From Candidatus Saccharimonadales bacterium (GTDB taxonomy: Bacteria > Patescibacteriota > Saccharimonadia > Saccharimonadales > 2-12-FULL-41-12), in contig JANWLD010000001.1 of the NCBI GenBank assembly GCA_025451045.1, positions 273,965 through 337,964 of the forward strand: a stretch of 64,000 nucleotides of DNA. The letters run 5' to 3'. The position numbers and the translations under genes were made by a program. The notes under the pieces were generated by a model that was not told the DNA's origin, searched no databases, and saw only the letters and a list, made by a program, of their open reading frames with translations. The stretch's first letter is position 1. Every line of letters starts with the position of its first letter. Below, piece by piece: positions 29,773 through 38,212 of the stretch.

Positions 29773-30819
29773 ATGTCACAAAGAGTTTTTGTTGGGATGA
29801 GCGGCGGTGTAGATTCGTCTTTAACAGCATCATTATTGCTTGAGCAAGGTTATGACGTCGTGGGCGTCTACATGAAAAACTGGACTCAGGATATCCCCGG
29901 TTTTGAGTGCCCTTGGAAAGAAGATTTTCAGGATGCCAAGCGTACGGCCGTCAAGCTAGGCATAGATTTTCGTACTTTTGATTTTGAGAAAGATTATAAG
30001 CACAAAGTCGTTGACTATATGATTAGCGAGTACCAGGCCGGCCGCACGCCAAACCCAGACATCATGTGCAATCAGGAAATCAAGTTCAAATTGTTCTTGG
30101 ACACGGCCTTAGAAAACAGCGCGGATCTTATAGCTACCGGCCATTACGCCCGCACAAAAAACGGAGAACTTCGTGTTGCTAAAGATAAAGCCAAGGATCA
30201 GACTTATTTCTTGTATCGAGTTACGTCTGACGCTTTATCAAAAACCCTGATGCCGATTGGCGAATTTTCTTCTAAAGAAGAAGTCAGAAAAGAGGCCAAA
30301 AAACGCGGTTTGCCGACTGCCGGCAAAAAAGACAGCCAAGGCATCTGTTTTGTCGGAAAAGTCGGTATCAAGGAGTTTTTGAGCCAATATGTAAAGGCCA
30401 GACCTGGTGTGATAATTAATCAATCAGGCAAAGAAATCGGCGAGCACGAAGGGGCAATTTTCTACACTATCGGCCAGCGCCATGGCTTGGACGTTGGCGG
30501 CGGCCTGCCGTATTACGTTACGAAAAAAGACATGAAGACCAACACTGTTTTCGTAACCACCGATTTATCGGACAAAGAATTATGGTCAAAAGAAATAAAT
30601 CTGACGGACTTGCATTGGATTAATCCTCAAACTACGAACTACGAACTACTAACTACTAAGCGCCTTAAGGCGCGCCTGCGTTATCGCGGCCCGTTGGTTG
30701 GTTGTACAATCAAAGACAACAAGCTGGTTTTAGATGAAGAACAACGCGCAATCTCCGCAGGCCAATCTGCTGTCCTATACGACGGCAACCAAGTTCTCGG
30801 TGGCGGAATTATTATTTAG
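29773..30819 (+). CDS. mnmA: tRNA-specific 2-thiouridylase
   Basis: The PP-loop reads VFVGMSGGVDSS, and the catalytic Cys region and HYARTK motif are present. Confidence 0.9.
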   Translation: MSQRVFVGMSGGVDSSLTASLLLEQGYDVVGVYMKNWTQDIPGFECPWKEDFQDAKRTAVKLGIDFRTFDFEKDYKHKVVDYMISEYQAGRTPNPDIMCNQEIKFKLFLDTALENSADLIATGHYARTKNGELRVAKDKAKDQTYFLYRVTSDALSKTLMPIGEFSSKEEVRKEAKKRGLPTAGKKDSQGICFVGKVGIKEFLSQYVKARPGVIINQSGKEIGEHEGAIFYTIGQRHGLDVGGGLPYYVTKKDMKTNTVFVTTDLSDKELWSKEINLTDLHWINPQTTNYELLTTKRLKARLRYRGPLVGCTIKDNKLVLDEEQRAISAGQSAVLYDGNQVLGGGIII

Positions 30820-31198
30820 GAAGACCGTTCTGCTCAATATGCTCGGAAGTTTCGGCTGCATCCACTGCTACGCGTCCGGCACTTTCGGCTTTTGATTTTA
30901 TTAGCTTAGAGGATTGCCTGAGCCTTCCTTCAAGGTAAATTTCAGTATCTAAGTCAATCTTTGTTGTTCCACTATCATCCTGCAACTCTTGTATGCGCTT
31001 TAAGACTTTACGTCTAGATCTTAAGCTAGGGTCTGTAAGTGCTACTAGGGCATTAGTAGCAAAAGTAAGTGCTTCAGCTTCTTGGCTTGCGTTACGAGAA
31101 ACGTTCCTATAACTTTCAGCTGTTGCTCTTTCGTCAACCGTCAATTTCTTGCCTTCCATAATTAAAACTATATTACCATCCAAATCCAATTTAAGCAA
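30812..31198 (-). CDS. hypothetical protein
   Basis: This is an ORF of about 128 aa with no motif. Confidence 0.4.
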   Translation of the reverse strand: MLKLDLDGNIVLIMEGKKLTVDERATAESYRNVSRNASQEAEALTFATNALVALTDPSLRSRRKVLKRIQELQDDSGTTKIDLDTEIYLEGRLRQSSKLIKSKAESAGRVAVDAAETSEHIEQNGLPK

Positions 31199-31219
31199 AT
31201 ATTTGATACACTATTACTA

Positions 31220-33103
31220 ATGACAGCGCAGGAGATACGAAAAGCTTATATTGATTTTTTTGTGAAGCAAAAACATGTCCCCATTCCGCGAGCTCAATTA
31301 GTGCCGCAGGATGACCCGACAACGCTTTTCACCGGTTCCGGTATGCAGCCGCTTATTCCATACCTGCTCGGCGAAGAACATCCGGAGGGAAAGCGCTTGG
31401 TAAATAGTCAAACCTGCTTGCGCGCCCAGGATATAGAAGAAGTTGGCGACAACAGCCACACTACGTTTTTTGAAATGCTCGGCAACTGGAGCTTGGGCGA
31501 TTATTTTAAAGAAGAGCAAATAAAATGGTTTTTTGAATTTTTAACGGACGAGGTCGGCTTGGATCCGAACAAACTCTACGTCAGCTGTTTTATCGGCAGT
31601 AAAGAACACGGTATACCCAAAGACGAGGAAACGGCCAAAATCTGGCAAGACTTATTCAAATCCAAAGGTATTGAAACCAAAATCGTCGACATCGGCAGCC
31701 AGAAAGACGGTGATAAAAAGGGCATGGACGGCGGCAGGATATTTTACTATGATGACGGCGAGAATTGGTGGAGCCGGGCCGGCGGCCTGGATACTACGCC
31801 TATCGGCGACCCTTGCGGCCCGGACAGCGAGGTGTTTTACGATTTTGGCGAAGACAAGCACAACGAAAGCTACGGCAAGCCGCACCCGGCCAGTGACTCC
31901 GGCCGGTTTATGGAAATCGGCAACCAAGTCTTTATGCAATATCTGCGCACCAAAGACGGTTTTGAGCCGCTGAAGAAGAAAAACGTCGATTTCGGAGGGG
32001 GGCTGGAACGGATAGCCGCTGCCGCCATAAACAGTCCGGATGTTTTTAAAATCAGCCTGCTTTGGCCGATTATTGAAAAATTAGAAGAGTTATCAGCCAA
32101 GAAATACGGGCAACATACGGCTAGTATGCGAGTAATAGCCGATCATTTGCGCGGCGTGGTTTTTCTTGCTGTCGACGGTGTTGCGCCGAGCAACAAAGAG
32201 CAAGGCTATGTTGCCAGACGGCTGATTCGCCGGGCTATCCGCTACGCTTTTGAGCTGGGTATTGAGCAGGGAATCTGTGAGCAGATTACCCCGGTAATTG
32301 TGGGTTTGTACAAAAAAGACTTCCCGGAAGTCGCTAAAGTTGAAAAACAGGTGATAGAAACCTTGGTTCGCGAAGAAAGAATCTTCCGCCAAACTCTTAG
32401 AAGTGGCTTACGACAACTTAATAAGACAATAGATGCTTTTGGCTCCCTGACAGGAAAAGATATATTTAGACTGTACGATACTTACGGATTTCCTGTCGAA
32501 CTCATTAAAGAGGAAGCTTATAAACGCAATATTGATATATCCGAAAACGCAGACAAAGAGTTTGAAAAGCTGATGAAACAGCAGCGTGAACGAAGCCAGA
32601 CTGCGACAAAGGGCGTGTTCAAAGGCGGTTTGGTTGACCATTCGGACGAAACTAAAAAACTCCATACCGCCACGCACCTGATGTACGAAGCGCTTCGCCA
32701 AGTGCTCGGCGACCATGTTGTCCAGCGCGGCAGTAATGTCAGCGCCCAACGCACACGATTTGACTTTTCCCACCCTGAAAAAGTAACCCGTGACAAGCTT
32801 GATGAAGTCGAAAAAATCGTCAATGAACAGATAAAAAAAGACTTAAAAGTGGAGTGGAAAGAATATCCGACTAAAGAAGCTTTCAAACTGGGAGCCAAAG
32901 GAGCTTTCGGCGACAAATACGGAGATAAAGTAAAGGTATACATTATGTCTGCTCCAAGCGAAAAGCCGTTCAGCATCGAAATCTGCGGCGGCCCGCATGT
33001 CGAACACACCGGCGTGTTAGCCGAAGGCGGGAAAAAATTCAAAATCGCCAAAGAGGAAGCATCATCCGCTGGTGTGCGAAGAATTAAGGCAATCTTAAAA
33101 TAA
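31220..33103 (+). CDS. alaS: alanyl-tRNA synthetase, short form (catalytic, tRNA-binding and editing domains; no C-terminal C-Ala domain)
   Basis: The N-terminal class-II core reads FFEMLGNWSLGDYFKEE. The editing-domain HxxxH region reads HTATHLMYEALRQVLG, and GGPHV closes the protein. It is 627 aa, against about 870 aa for canonical bacterial AlaRS. Confidence 0.85.
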   Translation: MTAQEIRKAYIDFFVKQKHVPIPRAQLVPQDDPTTLFTGSGMQPLIPYLLGEEHPEGKRLVNSQTCLRAQDIEEVGDNSHTTFFEMLGNWSLGDYFKEEQIKWFFEFLTDEVGLDPNKLYVSCFIGSKEHGIPKDEETAKIWQDLFKSKGIETKIVDIGSQKDGDKKGMDGGRIFYYDDGENWWSRAGGLDTTPIGDPCGPDSEVFYDFGEDKHNESYGKPHPASDSGRFMEIGNQVFMQYLRTKDGFEPLKKKNVDFGGGLERIAAAAINSPDVFKISLLWPIIEKLEELSAKKYGQHTASMRVIADHLRGVVFLAVDGVAPSNKEQGYVARRLIRRAIRYAFELGIEQGICEQITPVIVGLYKKDFPEVAKVEKQVIETLVREERIFRQTLRSGLRQLNKTIDAFGSLTGKDIFRLYDTYGFPVELIKEEAYKRNIDISENADKEFEKLMKQQRERSQTATKGVFKGGLVDHSDETKKLHTATHLMYEALRQVLGDHVVQRGSNVSAQRTRFDFSHPEKVTRDKLDEVEKIVNEQIKKDLKVEWKEYPTKEAFKLGAKGAFGDKYGDKVKVYIMSAPSEKPFSIEICGGPHVEHTGVLAEGGKKFKIAKEEASSAGVRRIKAILK

Positions 33104-33112
33104 AACTGGGAA

Positions 33113-33194
33113 GAGCAGCCGGAGCGTCGGCATTCACTGCCGCGCGCCGCGCGATGAGAAACCCTAGAATAGGGTGTCTCATAAGGCGAAGCCG
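33113..33194 (+). repeat. conserved structured element, copy 1. It is homologous to 33661..33736.
   Basis: Its ends GAGCAGCCGGAGCGTCGG and CTCATAAGGCGAAGCCG are shared with copy 2. The internal nested hairpin is ATGAGA-AA-CCCTA-GAA-TAGGG-TG-TCTCAT. Confidence 0.6.
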
Positions 33195-33252
33195 AAAAGA
33201 AGAAGCTTCATCCGCCGGAGTCAGAAGAGTCAAAGGCGTCTTAGTTTAGATA

Positions 33253-33573
33253 TTAATTTTCTGCGGAAAAATCGTTCGCTGTTTCGCCTATTTCTAAAGT
33301 CATACCTGAGGCTTCAATAGCACTTTTTACTGCTGTGAATACTTTTTTGGACCGATCATGCCTGAATTTGCCGAAATGATTGTAGGCGACAGTTATAACG
33401 GTCATTCGCCTGTTTCCGTTTTCACCGGCATGGATAACACTGTTTGCCTCGCCAAGACCTTTTGCTTCGCTCAAAACGGTTTCTTCCAAGCCAGGGACAT
33501 ATACCAGGGTTGTTTGGCCGGCGCTTTCATAGGCGCCAGCTAATATCTCTTTTATCTCAGGTTCTTTTGACAT
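33253..33573 (-). CDS. hypothetical protein (106 aa) flanked by the two structured elements
   Basis: This is an ORF with a weak ribosome-binding site. I found no recognisable motif. Confidence 0.4.
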   Translation of the reverse strand: MSKEPEIKEILAGAYESAGQTTLVYVPGLEETVLSEAKGLGEANSVIHAGENGNRRMTVITVAYNHFGKFRHDRSKKVFTAVKSAIEASGMTLEIGETANDFSAEN

Positions 33574-33660
33574 ACTCGAAATTCTTAAATGGGTTAGTTA
33601 TAATAATATATTTTGGTAAAAACATCAAGGCCTAAACTTTTTGATTTAAGGTATAGGGGT

Positions 33661-33736
33661 GAGCAGACCGAGCGTCGGATTTATTCCGCGCCCGGATCGA
33701 TGAGAGGGGATGTTCCCCTCTCATAAGGCGGAATCG
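33661..33736 (+). repeat. conserved structured element, copy 2
   Basis: It reads GAGCAGACCGAGCGTCGG ... CGATGAGAGGGG-ATGTT-CCCCTCTCATAAGGCGGAATCG. Relative to copy 1 the inner stem sequence is completely different but still perfectly paired. Confidence 0.6.
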
Positions 33737-33765
33737 TAATTGATTATGCTAAAATGTAGCCAGTT

Positions 33766-34392
33766 ATGTTTACTTCACGCTTTGTAAACAAAGTTTCTCT
33801 TATAGTGATTGCATTTATTTTGGTCGCATTGGCTTTTGCGGGTTTTGCTGTCGTTAAGGCTGATACCTCTCCCGCCAATACTCCGCCGGGAAGTACCCTT
33901 CAGCAACGGATTACCCAGCGTAAAAATGAACGCCAGTCAAGGCTTAACATCGATGATAAACAACGTCTTCAGAGTCAATGCACGCTTGCCCAAAGCAAGC
34001 TCAGGACCTTGGGGGATACTTACAGCTCTTCCTCTGACAAAAGAGATAAGGTTTATCGCAATATTGACGCTACATTGTGGATTATCATCGGCAAACTCAA
34101 ACTGGCGGACAAAGACACTTATAGTTTGGAACAACAAAGGACAAGTTACATTAAAAGAGTGCAGGCTTTTGAGAACCAATCGGACCAATTCCAACAGGCT
34201 GTAAAAGATATCGTGGCTATGAACTGCAAGGCCGACCCGACTGGTTTTAAGGCCTTACTACAAACTGCCAGACTATATAACGCCCAGATAAGAAGCTCGT
34301 TTATTGGTATTAAATCTTATCTGATTGATACTATCCAGCCGACAATCAGTAAACAATCGGACAGCTTGAAACTTAAAACGGAGGCTCAGTAG
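33766..34392 (+). CDS. hypothetical secreted/membrane-anchored coiled-coil protein
   Basis: There is an N-terminal hydrophobic helix. The remainder is Gln/Lys-rich. Confidence 0.5.
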   Translation: MFTSRFVNKVSLIVIAFILVALAFAGFAVVKADTSPANTPPGSTLQQRITQRKNERQSRLNIDDKQRLQSQCTLAQSKLRTLGDTYSSSSDKRDKVYRNIDATLWIIIGKLKLADKDTYSLEQQRTSYIKRVQAFENQSDQFQQAVKDIVAMNCKADPTGFKALLQTARLYNAQIRSSFIGIKSYLIDTIQPTISKQSDSLKLKTEAQ

Positions 34393-34394
34393 CT

Positions 34395-34826
34395 ATGGAC
34401 CCGACGGACCAAAATTCCGACCAGCCGCAGGCAGTGAAACCTGATACTTTGTTTAGTCCAAGCGTGCCAACTCAGCCGCCGGCTTCTGCGCATACTACTG
34501 CTCAGACACCATCCGGGGATAACCCGTCACCAGCTTTTACTCCCAGTGCGGGTGCCGAGAAAAGAAAGAAGATCATTATTATCTCCGCCATAGTCTTCGG
34601 CAGCATCTTTTTAATACTGATAATCTTTGTGCTGGTGTCTTCCGTCGATAAAAAAACTCCGCAGGCCCGGACGGACCAGACCACCCAGCAAAACGACATC
34701 TTAGCCTCGCCCAGCGCGCTTGATATAGAGAACGCTGACAATTCCATATCCTCTGACATAACCGGGCTGGATGATGACAATGATTTCCCAGCGGCCAATT
34801 TATCAGATGAAAACTTGCAGCTTTGA
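34395..34826 (+). CDS. hypothetical bitopic membrane protein (Pro-rich N-terminus)
   Basis: The central TM helix reads IIIISAIVFGSIFLILIIFVLV. Confidence 0.45.
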   Translation: MDPTDQNSDQPQAVKPDTLFSPSVPTQPPASAHTTAQTPSGDNPSPAFTPSAGAEKRKKIIIISAIVFGSIFLILIIFVLVSSVDKKTPQARTDQTTQQNDILASPSALDIENADNSISSDITGLDDDNDFPAANLSDENLQL

Positions 34827-34891
34827 TTAAGACTAGACTTCTCGCCCTATCTGTTAGAACGAAGGGCCGCATGGTATAATATTAGACGCTT

Positions 34892-36187
34892 ATGCTCCGA
34901 AAAATAAAAAATCTTGCGGATTCTGCCGCATCCATGAAACGTCAATCAAAAGCGGCTCAGCATATAGTTGCTTTGGACGTCGGTACCGAAAATGTCAAGG
35001 CGCTTATCGGCCGAGTAACTGACGAAGGCGTGCAGATTGTCGGTGTTGGCCGAGCGCATCAGCAGCTTAGCGATATGCAAGCCGGAGCCGTGGCTGATAT
35101 CGGCTCGGTTGTCGAAAATTGTAACAAGGCATTAGCCCAAGCCGAAGAACAAGCTCAAATTAGCGTACGTACAGCTGTTGTCGGTATCGCCGGAGAGTTG
35201 GTAAAAGGCACGACTACGACTATCAGGTGTACCCGCAAAGACCCGAACTTGGAACTGGATGTTGATGAGATGGAGAGGATTATCGAACTTGTTCAGGAGC
35301 GAGCTGAAGCGCAGGCAAGAAAAAACCTGGAGCTGGAACTAGGCGGACAGCATATAGATGTCCGGCTGGTTAACAGCGCGCTGGTAAGTATCAGCATTGA
35401 CGGCTATAACGTTACTAATCCTATCGGATTTAAGGGCCGGGATATCTTGGTCCAGCTCTATACGGCTTTTGCGCCGATGATACATATCTCGGCGTTGGAA
35501 CGTGTAGCCAACGAACTTGACCTTGATCTGCTGGCCGTAGCCGCTGAGCCGTTTGCGGTGGCCCGTTCGGTCATTGGCGATAGCACCAATGCGACTATGA
35601 GCGCCATCCTGATGGACGTCGGCGGTGGAACCACTGATATTGCCGTGATTAACGAAGGCGGAGTGCAGGGAACCAAAATGTTTGGCATTGGCGGCCGCGC
35701 CTTTACCCGTTCTATTGAAAGGGATTTGGGTGTTGAGTTTGATGTCGCGGAAAAGTTAAAACTGGATTTTTCCACGCGGGCCGAAGAAGAATTGAACCAG
35801 CACGCATCTATCAGTGAAAGCCTGGAAAAAACCTGCGATGTCTGGCTATCAGGCGTAGAATTGGCTCTTTCCGACTATAGCGATTTAGAGAACCTGCCGC
35901 ATCAGATACTGCTTTGCGGCGGCGGCGCGAGCTTGAAAAAACTTATTGATACGCTTAATCAGACCAATTGGTACGGACAACTGCCATTTACCCGCAAACC
36001 GCGGATTTCCCTGATTAACCCCGACCAAGTTGTTGGTATTGAGGATACTACCAGCCGGGTTGAGGACCATACCTATATAACTGCCATGGGCTTGCTAAGG
36101 GTTGGCCTTGACACTATCCAGCAGCAGGAAGACATTGCTTCAACTAGCGGGCTGAGGGCAAGGTTTGATAGGATGTTACGTATATGA
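34892..36187 (+). CDS. ftsA: cell division protein FtsA (actin-like ATPase)
   Basis: VALDVGTENVKALIG, MDVGGGTTDIAVI, and GGGASL are present. Confidence 0.85.
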   Translation: MLRKIKNLADSAASMKRQSKAAQHIVALDVGTENVKALIGRVTDEGVQIVGVGRAHQQLSDMQAGAVADIGSVVENCNKALAQAEEQAQISVRTAVVGIAGELVKGTTTTIRCTRKDPNLELDVDEMERIIELVQERAEAQARKNLELELGGQHIDVRLVNSALVSISIDGYNVTNPIGFKGRDILVQLYTAFAPMIHISALERVANELDLDLLAVAAEPFAVARSVIGDSTNATMSAILMDVGGGTTDIAVINEGGVQGTKMFGIGGRAFTRSIERDLGVEFDVAEKLKLDFSTRAEEELNQHASISESLEKTCDVWLSGVELALSDYSDLENLPHQILLCGGGASLKKLIDTLNQTNWYGQLPFTRKPRISLINPDQVVGIEDTTSRVEDHTYITAMGLLRVGLDTIQQQEDIASTSGLRARFDRMLRI

Positions 36188-37818
36188 CAGCCGATTCAAA
36201 AGATACTATCTATATTGACGTTGATGAAGAAATTACCGGTATAATCAGCAAAATCCAAAACAGCGATAAGGATATAGTGGCCTTGGTATTGCCCAAACGA
36301 GCGTCTGTTTTGCAGTCCATAGTCAATATGAAGTTGCTAAAACGGGCGCAAGACCAGCACAAAAAGAAAGTAGTACTGATAACTTCCGAATCCCGCATAT
36401 TGCCTTTAGCGGGGGCGGCTAGCCTGTTCGTCGCGTCTAACCTGACCAGCAAACCTTATGTTCCGCTAGCTAAAGTAACCGGCAAAGAAACAGCTGACGG
36501 TGAAAAAGACGACATTGACCCAAATACCCCCGTTTCCCAAGTCGTCCCAGCGGCCAAATTCGCCGATTCCGATGACGAAATAGAAATTGACAATACGCCA
36601 AAAACCCCTGAACCCGGTTCAGAAACCGCCAAGTCGAAGAAAAACAAGAAAAACAAAGTACCGAACTTCAGCAAATTCCGCAAAAAAATGATATTCGCAG
36701 GCGCCTTGGGCGTAGCACTGGTTTTTGTGCTGATTTATGCGATTTTTATAGCGCCGAAGGCCAAAGTTACCGTAAAAGCCCAGACCACTGATTTGCCTAT
36801 GACGATTGATTTCATCGCTGATACCAGCGCCGATAGCTTTGACCCAGACCTCAAAATAGTCCGCGCCACAACCAAGGAAGACCAAAAAGACGACAACGAA
36901 AAAGTTAATACGTCCGGCGAAAAAGACAAGGGCGATAAAGCTACGGGTACAGTAACATTTAAAAATTGTGATTTTGGAAGCGGAGCTACGACACTTCCTG
37001 CTGGTACGATTGTTAGCGCCGATGGCTTTTCTTTTTTAACCCAAAAAGCCGTAAAGCTTCCGGCAGATAGTTTTACGGGAGGAGCTTGTACATCGGCTAC
37101 CGCAAGCGGAAGCGTTACTGCTCAAAAGTCAGGCGAAGATTATAATTTAGGCGCTCAGTCATACGCAGTTTCGGGATATTCTGAAGTTCAAGCAAGTGGC
37201 TCGCAAATGAGCGGAGGCAGCAGTAAAATTGTAAAAGTGGTAGCACAAGAAGACGTAGATAAAGCTAAAGAACGGCTAAACGGCAAACCAAGCGACGTAC
37301 ATGACGACTTCGTAAACCAGCTGAAAAGTGACGGCTATGTGCCGATTGAAGATTCTTTCAAATCAAAACCGGGGAGCTATGATGTCAGCCCGGCCGTCGG
37401 TCAGGAAGCCGATGAAGTGACAGTAAGCGTAACTACTAAATACAGCATGCTAGGTATCAAAAAAGAAGATTTGCAGGAATTGGTTAAAAGCGAAGTGGCA
37501 AAAAGCGAGGAAGGCAAGGACAAAACTATCTTAAGCGATGGCATAGACAGCGCAACGTTTAAAGTCAGCGATGACTCCGGCCGGATAGGCGTTACTATGA
37601 ACACTACGGTGGTAGTCGGGCCGGATTTGGATCAGGAAAATATCAAAAGCCAAATAGCCGGTAAAAAGTCCGGAGAGGCTGAGGCTATTTTAAGCCAAGT
37701 GCCAGGTATCAATGAGCCTAAAGTAGAACTCAGCCCATTCTGGGTCGGCAAAGTACCGAAGAAACATTCCAAAATAACGATTGAAGTTCAACAGGCTGAT
37801 GGCAGCCAGATTCCCTAA
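36184..37818 (+). CDS. hypothetical bitopic membrane protein (cytoplasmic N-domain, acidic linker, TM helix, large extracytoplasmic domain)
   Basis: The gene is translationally coupled to ftsA. The TM helix MIFAGALGVALVFVLIYAIFIA lies around residue 170. No FtsZ motifs are present. Confidence 0.5.
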   Translation: MTADSKDTIYIDVDEEITGIISKIQNSDKDIVALVLPKRASVLQSIVNMKLLKRAQDQHKKKVVLITSESRILPLAGAASLFVASNLTSKPYVPLAKVTGKETADGEKDDIDPNTPVSQVVPAAKFADSDDEIEIDNTPKTPEPGSETAKSKKNKKNKVPNFSKFRKKMIFAGALGVALVFVLIYAIFIAPKAKVTVKAQTTDLPMTIDFIADTSADSFDPDLKIVRATTKEDQKDDNEKVNTSGEKDKGDKATGTVTFKNCDFGSGATTLPAGTIVSADGFSFLTQKAVKLPADSFTGGACTSATASGSVTAQKSGEDYNLGAQSYAVSGYSEVQASGSQMSGGSSKIVKVVAQEDVDKAKERLNGKPSDVHDDFVNQLKSDGYVPIEDSFKSKPGSYDVSPAVGQEADEVTVSVTTKYSMLGIKKEDLQELVKSEVAKSEEGKDKTILSDGIDSATFKVSDDSGRIGVTMNTTVVVGPDLDQENIKSQIAGKKSGEAEAILSQVPGINEPKVELSPFWVGKVPKKHSKITIEVQQADGSQIP

Positions 37819-38212
37819 GGCGATTTTAGCCCTTGATGTCGGCGATGCGCGCATCGGCGTGGCAATAGCGAACACCATTGCTCGCCTACCGGCGCCATTG
37901 ATTATCCTGAAAAATGACAATCAGGTCTTTGACAGCCTTAAAGAACTTGCCGCCCGGCACGAAGTGGATATTATAATTATCGGCCTACCAAGAAATATGC
38001 AAGGCGAGGAAACCGGCCAGTCCAAGGCGATTCGCCGGTTTGCTGAAGAACTTAAAGAACATGTTGACGCCCAAATAATATTCGCGGATGAAAGCCTGAG
38101 CAGTAAACGAGCCGAAGAATACAGCCTTGCGCGCAAACACCAGGCTAAGCACTTAGACGATATTGCGGCTTGCTTTATACTGGAGGAATATCTAGGGAGC
38201 GAAAATGGCTAA
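37781..38212 (+). CDS. ruvX: Holliday-junction resolvase-like RuvX/YqgF
   Basis: ILALDVGDARIGVA and IIIGLP are present. The real start is probably the Met at 37799. Confidence 0.8.
   Translation: MKFNRLMAARFPKAILALDVGDARIGVAIANTIARLPAPLIILKNDNQVFDSLKELAARHEVDIIIIGLPRNMQGEETGQSKAIRRFAEELKEHVDAQIIFADESLSSKRAEEYSLARKHQAKHLDDIAACFILEEYLGSENG

Noticed and set aside
32518-33051. 177-aa and other minus-strand ORFs inside alaS, with similar antisense ORFs inside pyk, pgk, uvrA and the ATP synthase genes
   Set aside because: They lie fully inside well-supported conserved genes on the opposite strand. They are typical spurious antisense frames.
33113-33736. Hammerhead or other self-cleaving ribozyme interpretation of the paired structured elements
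   Set aside because: The elements contain CGAUGAGA adjacent to a hairpin. The hammerhead core CUGAUGA and the downstream GAAA plus a cleavage-site stem are not present in the right arrangement.
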